In this document: positions 11,496-19,015 of the stretch, in pieces
Layout of the letters: every line of letters starts with the position of its first letter
How positions within the stretch are numbered: the first letter of the stretch is position 1
Assembly: GCA_008932965.1 (NCBI GenBank)
Contig: WBXG01000002.1
Location: 1-32,000 of the forward strand
Direction: 5' to 3'
Length of the DNA stretch: 32,000 nt
Source: Verrucomicrobiota bacterium
Lineage (GTDB): Bacteria > Verrucomicrobiota > Verrucomicrobiia > Chthoniobacterales > UBA6821
Notes under the pieces: model-generated
Seen by the model: the letters and a program-made list of their open reading frames with translations, nothing else
Databases searched by the model: none
What the model was told of the DNA's origin: nothing
Made by a program: the position numbers and the translations under genes

Positions 11496-12070
11496 TCCTA
11501 CTCCTCGATAGTTACGACAGCTTTACGTACAATCTCTATCAGGGGATAGCGCCGTTTGATGAAGTGAAGGTGGTGCGCAATGATCGTATCACGCTACAAG
11601 AAATCATCGCGCTGGAGCCTTCAGGAATCGTTCTCTCTCCAGGACCGGGAACTCCAGAAAAAGCGGGTATTCTTATCTCTCTTCTAAAATATATTGTGAC
11701 GTACCATTGGAAGGTCCCCTTGCTTGGGGTCTGTTTAGGACATCAAGCCATAGCACATGCGCTCGGCGGAAAAATTATCCCTGCTTCTCAAATTATTCAT
11801 GGAAAAAGTGATTTGATTTTTCATGAAGGAGGAATTCTTTATCAAGGTCTTTCAACACCCTTTAAGGCAGCGCGCTATCACTCTCTCCTCGTCGAGGAAG
11901 CATCCTTGCCCCACGACATGCGCCTCACTTCGAGAAATGAGGATGGACTCATCATGGGACTGGAACACACAACCCTTCCTCTTCATGGAGTTCAATTTCA
12001 TCCCGAGTCGATATTGACACCAGAGGGATCGCAACTACTTCAAAATTTTACAGACTTATGTCGTTGCTAG
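11492..12070 (+). CDS. trpG: Anthranilate synthase component II (glutamine amidotransferase)
   Basis: 192 aa with class-I GATase triad context GVCLGHQ and VQFHPES. ATGA overlap with trpE. Confidence 0.9.
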   Translation: MILLLDSYDSFTYNLYQGIAPFDEVKVVRNDRITLQEIIALEPSGIVLSPGPGTPEKAGILISLLKYIVTYHWKVPLLGVCLGHQAIAHALGGKIIPASQIIHGKSDLIFHEGGILYQGLSTPFKAARYHSLLVEEASLPHDMRLTSRNEDGLIMGLEHTTLPLHGVQFHPESILTPEGSQLLQNFTDLCRC

Positions 12071-13089
12071 AAGCCATTAAAATATTACAAGAGCGACACG
12101 ACCTTGATAGAACAACCTGCCGCTCTGCAGCATTAGAACTGCTTATGCCTTCATCAGAGGATCCTTGCCTCATAGAAGACAAAATTCTTTTTTTACGATT
12201 GCTACGTGCAAAGAAAGAATCGGCCGAAGAGCTTCTTGTTTTTTTAGAGCTGCTAGAACACAAGGTGAAGCGTGTTCCTAATATCTATCCTGCTCTCGAT
12301 ATTGTTGGAACGGGCGGCGATGGAGCCAACACAATCAACATCTCCACAGGTGCCGCCCTCTTAGCTGCTAGCTGTGGTATTAAGGTTGCTAAGCATGGCA
12401 ATCGGGCTTCTAGTTCAAAGGCAGGTTCAGCCGACGTCCTAGAGGCTCTGGGTATAAAGCTCTCCCTTTCCCACGAAAAAAATGCGCACTCAATCGATCA
12501 ACTCGGATTTGGATTTTGCTATGCTCCTAATTTTTATCCTGATCTAGCAGCCTTGCGGGTCCTGCGTCAAAAGATCAAAGGTCCAACTATTTTTAATTTT
12601 TTGGGCCCCTTACTCAATCCAGCGTGCACCCACTATTATCTTTTAGGAGTGGCTGATCCGACGATGGCTAGCGTGATGGCTTCTGTATTGCGACGTAGGG
12701 GAATCAGCCGGGCGATGATAGTGTGTGGTGCCAATTTGGACGAACTCAGTACAGCTGGGGTCAATCACCTCCTAGAAGTGACTCCCTCTAATATTCAATC
12801 ATCCACTTTAGATCCGCTGAATATTGGCTTGAAACGTGCCTCGCTAGCGGAGCTGCACGGTGGAGATGCTGCAACAAATGCACAATTATTACGCGATACC
12901 TTCGCACTAAAACATAGGGATTCAAGCTCTATTGCCGATACCTTGATCCTTAATGCTGCCGTCGCACTTCAGGTCTATGGTCTCCATGATTCCACCATTG
13001 ATGCATTGGCTCATGCTCGTGAAGCGCTCTATAGCGGAGCTGCAGCTAGGTTACTCAATAATCTCATTACTTTTTCAAATGACTCATAA
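12058..13089 (+). CDS. trpD: Anthranilate phosphoribosyltransferase
   Basis: 343 aa with DIVGTGGDG, KHGNRASSSKAGSADVLEALG. Confidence 0.9.
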   Translation: MSLLEAIKILQERHDLDRTTCRSAALELLMPSSEDPCLIEDKILFLRLLRAKKESAEELLVFLELLEHKVKRVPNIYPALDIVGTGGDGANTINISTGAALLAASCGIKVAKHGNRASSSKAGSADVLEALGIKLSLSHEKNAHSIDQLGFGFCYAPNFYPDLAALRVLRQKIKGPTIFNFLGPLLNPACTHYYLLGVADPTMASVMASVLRRRGISRAMIVCGANLDELSTAGVNHLLEVTPSNIQSSTLDPLNIGLKRASLAELHGGDAATNAQLLRDTFALKHRDSSSIADTLILNAAVALQVYGLHDSTIDALAHAREALYSGAAARLLNNLITFSNDS

Positions 13090-13906
13090 AATAGATTTTT
13101 TAGAAAAAATTGTTGCTCAAAAAAAACGAGACGTAGAAGTGTTGCGTCACGCTCTAGCAAACAATCAGGCACATCCTCTGAATAAGCTGTTACAAAAGGG
13201 TCCCCAAAAAAAATCAGCACTCTCCTTTGTGCGTGCTTTGGAGGATTCCAGATTGAGCGTCATTGCCGAAATAAAACGTTGCTCTCCAAGTAAGGGAGTC
13301 TTGGCAGCTATTGCTGATCCAGTCGAATTAGCCTCCTGTTATGAACAGTCTGGCGCTGCTGCAATTTCTATCTTAACGGATCATTCTTTTTTTGGAGGTT
13401 CTTTAGAAGACTTGAGCTCTATTGCTCGAGCTAAAGAAAAACAGCGCATCACCGTACCGCTCTTACGAAAGGATTTTATCATTGATCCATTACAAGTAGC
13501 AGAGTCAGCACTTACTGGAGCAGATGCTATCTTAGCCATTATTGCTATCTTGGGAGAGTCCACTTCCACTATCATTGAAGAAGCCGCTCAATGGGGACTC
13601 GATGTTCTTGTGGAGGTACATGATGCTGCAGAATTACAGGTAGCACTTGATGCAGGAGCCACCATTATTGGAGTAAATAACCGCAACCTAAAGACATTCG
13701 AGATTGATCTTCAACGAGCATTCGAGCTCGTGGAGAAAATTCCTAACACTATTCTTAAAGTTGCTGAGTCAGGAATTGCGAACCCCCAGATTGCAGAACG
13801 TTACTACAAAGCAGGCTTTGATGCAGTCTTGGTTGGAGAAGCATTGGTTTTATCTCATAACCCCCAAGACTTTTTTCAAAAGATTTCATCATGCAAACGC
13901 TCCTAA
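13079..13906 (+). CDS. trpC: Indole-3-glycerol-phosphate synthase
   Basis: EIKRCSPSKG, IGVNNRNLKTFE. The likely start is ATG 13079 (MTHKIDFLEKI), overlapping the trpD stop. The longer track ORF from 12953 overlaps trpD out of frame. Confidence 0.85.
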   Translation: MTHKIDFLEKIVAQKKRDVEVLRHALANNQAHPLNKLLQKGPQKKSALSFVRALEDSRLSVIAEIKRCSPSKGVLAAIADPVELASCYEQSGAAAISILTDHSFFGGSLEDLSSIARAKEKQRITVPLLRKDFIIDPLQVAESALTGADAILAIIAILGESTSTIIEEAAQWGLDVLVEVHDAAELQVALDAGATIIGVNNRNLKTFEIDLQRAFELVEKIPNTILKVAESGIANPQIAERYYKAGFDAVLVGEALVLSHNPQDFFQKISSCKRS

Positions 13907-14526
13907 AAATCTGTGGTATCACAACTCCCAAAAACGCTCTGGAAGCTGTTCTGGAAGGGGCTCACTTCATTGGCCTGGTTTTTCATCCCAAATCACCCCG
14001 CTTTCTCTCTCCTTCTCAAGCTCGAGAAATAACCATGATTCTTTCAAAAACCGCAGCCTCTCCTGTGGCTATTTTTACAGAGCATTCTGCACACGAAATG
14101 GTGTCGATTTGTGAAGAGTGCCAGATTAAGACTGTTCAACTTCATGGGGAGCGTTCCCGCAAAGAGCATGTTTTTTTACCTCCTCATTTCCAACGCATCT
14201 ATGCCCTTCCTGCTTCTGAATATCGCCATAGTAGGCATGAAAGCGCCATGGCAGTGTGTGATCCCGGACGTGATTATTTGTTAATTGATCATACTCATCC
14301 TGGAGAAGGATGTTCTTTTGATTGGAGGATGTTTCATTACGGCCATTCCTTTCCTTGGTTTTTAGCTGGGGGCCTCACTTCAGATAATGTTGGAAAGGCA
14401 CTTCAGCAGCTTCATCCAAGTGGGGTTGATGTCTCGAGCGGTGTCGAGAGCGCTCCTGGTGTCAAAGAGAGTAGTTTGATTAAAAAATTTATTCAGGAAG
14501 TGAAACAGTATGACTGCCACAAATAG
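13891..14526 (+). CDS. trpF: Phosphoribosylanthranilate isomerase
   Basis: 211 aa with KICGIT N-terminus and GGL...GVDVSSGVE C-terminal motif. 16-nt overlap with trpC. Confidence 0.85.
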   Translation: MQTLLKICGITTPKNALEAVLEGAHFIGLVFHPKSPRFLSPSQAREITMILSKTAASPVAIFTEHSAHEMVSICEECQIKTVQLHGERSRKEHVFLPPHFQRIYALPASEYRHSRHESAMAVCDPGRDYLLIDHTHPGEGCSFDWRMFHYGHSFPWFLAGGLTSDNVGKALQQLHPSGVDVSSGVESAPGVKESSLIKKFIQEVKQYDCHK

Positions 14527-15745
14527 ATCTATGCCTGCATCGCAGTATCATTACTCACTCGAAGCCCTTCACAAGCGCTATGGGCGCTTCGGGGGCTGTT
14601 TTATGCCAGAGCTTCTCATGGCACCTATCCAAGAGCTCACTACTCTTTTTCAAGAGAGCAAGAAGGACGCAAGCTTTTTAAAAGAGCTCTCAGATCTGCT
14701 TCACAACTATGCTGGAAGGCCCACTCCATTAACAGAGGTGACTCGTTTTGCTCATGCGATCAACCCAGTCAATCCTCCTCGTATTTTTTTAAAACGTGAA
14801 GATTTGCTTCATACGGGGGCTCATAAAATCAACAATGCTTTAGGTCAATGTCTCCTTGCCAAACGTATGGGAAAAAAGCGTATCATTGCTGAAACAGGAG
14901 CGGGCCAACATGGAGTAGCAACTGCAGCAGCAGCAGCTCATCTCGGTTTACAAGCGGTGATCTATATGGGGGCACTTGATATGAAACGTCAAATGTCAAA
15001 TGTTATGCGGATGCGCCTCATGGGGGCAACAGTGGTCGAAGTACCCCACGGATCAGCAACCTTAAAAGATGCAGTGAATGAAGCTCTGCGAGATTGGAGC
15101 GCTTCGTTTAGTGATTCTTATTACTGCTTGGGCTCTGCTTTAGGACCTCATCCCTATCCCGAAATAGTCGCCACGTTTCAAGCAGTGATTGGAGAAGAGA
15201 GCAAGCAGCAATGTCAGGAACGTTTTTCAAAAAATCCTGATCTGGTGATCGCCTGTGTCGGTGGGGGTTCTAATGCGATTGGTATTTTTGCTCCTTTTTT
15301 AAATGACCCAGATGTGGCCTTGATGGGTGTAGAAGCAGGTGGTCATGGAAAAAAATTAGGAGAACATGCAGCTCGCTTTCATCATGCAAAAGAAGGGGTC
15401 CTTCATGGCTGCTATACTTATCTTTTACAAAATGAGCATGGGCAGGTTGCTGAAACTTCCTCGTTGTCGGCGGGACTTGATTATCCCGCTGTGGGCCCAG
15501 CGCACGCACAGTTATTTTTCGAGAAAAGAGCTTCTTATGTCATGGCAAGTGATCATGCGGCTCTCGAGGCGTTACAACTCCTAGCCAAAACAGAGGGAAT
15601 CATTCCTGCTTTAGAATCGTCCCATGCTTTGGCTCATCTTATCAAGATTGCTCCAACGCTTCACTCTGATCAAAACATCTTAGTCAATCTTTCGGGGCGT
15701 GGTGATAAAGATTTACCAGAACTTATCGAAAAAGGACTGCTATGA
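14510..15745 (+). CDS. trpB: Tryptophan synthase beta chain
   Basis: 411 aa with HTGAHKINN (PLP lysine), GAGQHG, GGGSNAIG. Confidence 0.95.
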   Translation: MTATNRSMPASQYHYSLEALHKRYGRFGGCFMPELLMAPIQELTTLFQESKKDASFLKELSDLLHNYAGRPTPLTEVTRFAHAINPVNPPRIFLKREDLLHTGAHKINNALGQCLLAKRMGKKRIIAETGAGQHGVATAAAAAHLGLQAVIYMGALDMKRQMSNVMRMRLMGATVVEVPHGSATLKDAVNEALRDWSASFSDSYYCLGSALGPHPYPEIVATFQAVIGEESKQQCQERFSKNPDLVIACVGGGSNAIGIFAPFLNDPDVALMGVEAGGHGKKLGEHAARFHHAKEGVLHGCYTYLLQNEHGQVAETSSLSAGLDYPAVGPAHAQLFFEKRASYVMASDHAALEALQLLAKTEGIIPALESSHALAHLIKIAPTLHSDQNILVNLSGRGDKDLPELIEKGLL

Positions 15746-16518
15746 AAAAAATTTCCGAACTCTTTCAACGTGAAAAAGCTCACGTCGCTTACCTGACTGC
15801 CGGGGATGGAGGCGTAGAGCGAACTATTGAAGCTGCTTTAGCTCTCATCGAAGGTGGGGTCAACCTCTTAGAATTAGGTGTTCCTTTTTCCGATCCGATT
15901 GCTGATGGCCCTGTTATTCAACAAGCCTCCTTACGTGCACTGCAAGCCGGGATCACGATGTATGAGGTGCTCTACGTTGCTCACGAGATTCGAAAAAAAA
16001 GTACTATTCCCATCATTCTTTTTAGTTATTATAATCCGATTCTTGCAGCTTTGGATCAATTTCAAGGCAACTTTTTAGCGGAAGCAAAGAGAGCAGGAGT
16101 TGATGGATTCCTCATTGTTGATCTTCCTTGGGAAGAATCCCATCTCCTTCAAGCTAGAATGGTATTCGATGATCTTACACTGATTTCGGTAATTACTCCT
16201 TCGACTTCGCTTGAACGCATCATAGCCATTGACCAGAAGTCCCAAGGGTTTCTTTACTATGTCTGTCGTGCTGGAACCACAGGAGCCAAAACTTCACTCC
16301 CCATCGATTTCTCAAAAAAAATAAAAAAAATAAAGTCAGTAGTCCATCTTCCAGTTGTCGTTGGATTTGGTATTTCAGATGAAGTGACTGTTCAACGAGT
16401 TTTACAGTATGCGAATGGTGTGGTTATCGGATCTTTCTTTGTTCAAGCAGTGGCACAAGGCTTGAATACTCAAGCATTAAAAATAATTGCACAGCAATTG
16501 TTGGGAAGACGTTCATGA
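15742..16518 (+). CDS. trpA: Tryptophan synthase alpha chain
   Basis: 258 aa with LELGVPFSDPIADGPVIQ, GFGIS. ATGA overlap with trpB. Confidence 0.9.
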   Translation: MKKISELFQREKAHVAYLTAGDGGVERTIEAALALIEGGVNLLELGVPFSDPIADGPVIQQASLRALQAGITMYEVLYVAHEIRKKSTIPIILFSYYNPILAALDQFQGNFLAEAKRAGVDGFLIVDLPWEESHLLQARMVFDDLTLISVITPSTSLERIIAIDQKSQGFLYYVCRAGTTGAKTSLPIDFSKKIKKIKSVVHLPVVVGFGISDEVTVQRVLQYANGVVIGSFFVQAVAQGLNTQALKIIAQQLLGRRS

Positions 16519-16539
16519 AGGTAGGTAAGGTCAAAAATA

Positions 16540-16636
16540 AAATGGGGTCAGGCTAAAAATTGACAAAATATTTCATGCTGCATGTTTCTTTTTCTATTGA
16601 TGTAATTTTGTCAATATTTTTAGCCTGACCCCATTT
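16540..16636 (+). repeat. Family-B 97-bp palindromic repeat, copy 2
   Basis: aaatggggtcaggctaaaaattgacaaaat ... attttgtcaatatttttagcctgaccccattt, a near-perfect ~30-bp stem. It begins 22 nt after the trpA stop, so it could act as the operon terminator or an RNA-stabilising hairpin. Confidence 0.85.
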
Positions 16637-16642
16637 GTGCTT

Positions 16643-16669
16643 GTCACGATCAGTATAAAAAATGCGGGC
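16643..16669 (+). mobile_element. Family-A solo right-terminal fragment
   Basis: gtcacgatcagtataaaaaatgcgggc + TA matches the right terminus of full-length A copies. It lies 6 bp after B copy 2. Confidence 0.7.
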
Positions 16670-16721
16670 TAGTCATCTAAAAAGGATTGATCTTGTTTTT
16701 AGAGCACATACTTTTTCTAGA

Positions 16722-17621
16722 ATGCAATCTGCACGAGAACAACAGTGGATTAGAAAAACACGTTTTGCTGGCTCGTGGTATGAGGCTCATCCCCTTGTAT
16801 TAGAAAAACAACTCGATGATTTCGTGCAAAAAGCAACAGCATCTGGCGTTAATCCTAGTAATGATCCCTTTTCGGTGACTGCAATTGTTGCTCCTCATGC
16901 AGGATATGCGTATTCGGGAGAGGTTGCGGCTTGTGCCTATCAGGCCGCTCGTCATGAAAAAGTAAAACGAGTGATTTTGCTTGGACCGAGTCATTATGTA
17001 TCCTTTCGCGGAATCGGGTTATCAATGAAAGAAGGATTTGATACGCCCTTTGGTATGATTCCTCTTGATCAAGCTACTATCGCTTTTCTGAGTGGACATC
17101 ATCTTTTTGGAGAGCAAGAAGAAGCACACCGGCTGGAGCATTCTTTAGAAATGCAACTTCCCTTTATTAAATTTTTTTTTGGAGAAGCATTGCTATTACC
17201 CCTGTTAGTAGGGCATTTGAAGAATGAAGCTGAAATAAAAGAGGTGGCTTCTGTTTTAAACTCGTTGCTTCAACAGGGAGATCTCATCGTGGTGAGCTCT
17301 GATTTCACCCACTATGGTCCGAGGTTTCACTACACTCCCTTTAGTGATGATGTGCAGCGACGCATCAAGCAACTGGATAGAAATGCATATCATTTTTTAG
17401 AGCAGCTGGATCTAAGTGGTTTTTTGCACCTTCGTGAAGAGTGTCAGATTACTATTTGTGGTTTCTATCCTCTGGCAGTTCTCATAGCAATGCTTCCACC
17501 AAAAACAACAGCCTCACTTTTAGCACACGCCACCTCACAAGAGGTGACTCTTGCAGATCCTCAACATTCGGTGAGTTATTTGGCTATTGCTTTTTCTAAC
17601 AAACAAATGGGGTCAGGCTAA
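16722..17621 (+). CDS. MEMO1-family protein (AmmeMemoRadiSam system protein B-like)
   Basis: AGSWY, APHAGYAYSG, LGPSH, SSDFTHYG motifs. The likely start is ATG 16722; the track start 16662 lies in the A fragment. The last codons (MGSG-stop) are encoded by repeat B. Confidence 0.8.
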   Translation: MQSAREQQWIRKTRFAGSWYEAHPLVLEKQLDDFVQKATASGVNPSNDPFSVTAIVAPHAGYAYSGEVAACAYQAARHEKVKRVILLGPSHYVSFRGIGLSMKEGFDTPFGMIPLDQATIAFLSGHHLFGEQEEAHRLEHSLEMQLPFIKFFFGEALLLPLLVGHLKNEAEIKEVASVLNSLLQQGDLIVVSSDFTHYGPRFHYTPFSDDVQRRIKQLDRNAYHFLEQLDLSGFLHLREECQITICGFYPLAVLIAMLPPKTTASLLAHATSQEVTLADPQHSVSYLAIAFSNKQMGSG

Positions 17622-17883
17622 CCCGCATATTTCATACCAATCTACTACGGAGGCCGCGAAGCCAGATGGATGCTGCGTTGAGCTCGAAGTCCTCCTCAGG
17701 CAGTATGTACTCATACAGCCGTCGTCAGACTTCATCGCTCGCCTTACCCCATCAGCCTTCGCGGCCTCCTCGTCACGATCAGTATGAAATATGCGGGCTA
17801 AGAATATTGACAAAATTTTTTATGTTGGGCATTTCTTTTTCTATCGATGTAATTTTGCCAATATTCGTAGCCTAACCCTATTT
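17605..17883 (+). repeat. Family-B palindromic repeat, copy 3, interrupted by a family-A element
   Basis: The left arm aaatggggtcaggcta (17605-17620) and the remainder agaatattgacaaaat...tagcctaaccctattt (17801-17883) join into a normal B element when 17621-17800 is removed. Confidence 0.85.
17621..17798 (+). mobile_element. Family-A MITE-like element, full length (178 bp), nested in repeat B
   Basis: Termini acccgcatatttcatac ... gtatgaaatatgcgggc, flanked by TA (17619-20) and TA (17799-800). The two halves of the element are largely reverse-complementary. Confidence 0.9.
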
Positions 17884-17898
17884 GCCATTTGATTGACC

Positions 17899-18462
17899 AT
17901 GCTTACCTCAAACGAAAAAAAAACGGCACTCCTTCTAGCAGAGGCTACGCTAGAGCATCATGTGCAAAAGAAAAAAATACCGACGGTACAAGAACTTGGG
18001 TTGGCGATGACTCCTACGTTGGAAGAGCTGCACGGGGTTTTTGTTACGTTGTATCATCGGGCCGATGGTCTCCCAAAAATAATACGTGGTTGTATTGGAA
18101 CGATCCTACCACTTGAGCCGCTTTACCAGGGAGTCATTGAAAACACTATCAAAGCTGCCTCCAAGGATCATCGCTTTTTGCCAGTGCGGGAGGAAGAGCT
18201 CCCAGGGCTTACAATAGAAATCAATGTGCTCACCCTCCCTCATCCTATTGATTCCTATAGCGCAATTCGACTTGGGGTGGATGGCATTATTTTGTCCCAA
18301 GGATTCAAGCGTGCTGTTTTTTTACCAAGTGTCTCAAAAGAGTGGAAATGGAATTTAGAAGAGACCTTGACTCAGCTTTCCAAAAAAGCGGGCCTTTCCG
18401 AGGTGTCTTGGCAGGAGGAGGCGACTCAATTTCAAGTTTTTCAATCAGAATCCTTTTCATAA
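17899..18462 (+). CDS. AMMECR1-domain protein (AmmeMemoRadiSam system protein A-like)
   Basis: Hallmark RGCIG motif, plus DHRF.PV and VFLPSV. The first ATG is at 17899; the track start 17893 is TTG. Confidence 0.8.
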   Translation: MLTSNEKKTALLLAEATLEHHVQKKKIPTVQELGLAMTPTLEELHGVFVTLYHRADGLPKIIRGCIGTILPLEPLYQGVIENTIKAASKDHRFLPVREEELPGLTIEINVLTLPHPIDSYSAIRLGVDGIILSQGFKRAVFLPSVSKEWKWNLEETLTQLSKKAGLSEVSWQEEATQFQVFQSESFS

Positions 18463-18567
18463 GAACCAGCTTTAAAGAAACGGATTGACTCTTTTATTTC
18501 TATCTGAAAAAAGTTTCTTAACCTAGTATCAGAAAGTGTCACGTCATCTCAATAAAACCAACGAGCT

Positions 18568-18930
18568 ATGAATAATCGTCCCATTTCAGGAACAAGTGGT
18601 AGTAACTTAAATAGTCAGGGTCTATCGGCTTCCCATCCTCAACCTCCTCAGCAGGGTCATCTGGCAGCGGTTCCTGTGGTTCACGTTATTCCTGGCGATG
18701 ACAACGATGGTTTCCACACACCTCCTCCCACTGTTCGCGACCCTAACCGAGAGTGTACTCCGCCAAGACCAAGATATGGAGAAGCTCGCTGGACCCGCAG
18801 TGAAAACGAAAAAGCAACTCAAGGAACAAAAATAAATGTAGTGGAGACTGAGGAGCCCAATTTTATGAAAACTAATTTTGGAAAACCACCTCCGCCACCT
18901 CCATCCGGTCCCTCCATAGGTGTTCATTAA
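18568..18930 (+). CDS. Hypothetical proline-rich protein
   Basis: 120-aa ORF with about 21 Pro, including TPPPT, TPPRPR and a C-terminal KPPPPPPSGP. No TM segment or signal peptide is evident and I recognise no family. Coding status rests only on ORF length and position. Confidence 0.4.
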   Translation: MNNRPISGTSGSNLNSQGLSASHPQPPQQGHLAAVPVVHVIPGDDNDGFHTPPPTVRDPNRECTPPRPRYGEARWTRSENEKATQGTKINVVETEEPNFMKTNFGKPPPPPPSGPSIGVH

Positions 18931-18958
18931 CCAGCATGATTCATATTGGTCATGCTGG
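18931..18958. terminator. Hairpin between convergent genes
   Basis: ccagcatga / ttcatattgg / tcatgctgg forms a 9-bp stem directly after the stop of the proline-rich ORF, between convergent genes. There is no clear U-tract. Confidence 0.35.
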
Positions 18959-19015
18959 CCCTGTTGGAATAGCTGCTAAGACTCGATTTTCAATAGTCAC
19001 TTTCAAAGGCTAGTT

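Noticed and set aside
12953-13078. N-terminal extensions in the ORF track (trpC from 12953, MEMO1-like from 16662, adenylyltransferase-like from 23425, Nudix from 3072, ATPase from 21064, TPR protein from 25418)
   Set aside because: The extensions overlap the preceding gene or a repeat, or start at TTG. Family-typical N-termini begin at internal ATGs, so I used the shorter models, although the longer forms cannot be excluded.
17613-17813. ORFs sharing the peptide RIFHTDRDEEAAKADG (also 21568-21756, 25196-25429, 21036-21347, and plus-strand ORFs 17587-17875, 21251-21576, 25270-25470)
   Set aside because: They lie wholly inside family-A repeats. The shared peptide simply mirrors the conserved terminal inverted repeat on both strands, the ORFs differ in length and frame between copies, and none has a recognisable domain. 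I treat them as non-coding.
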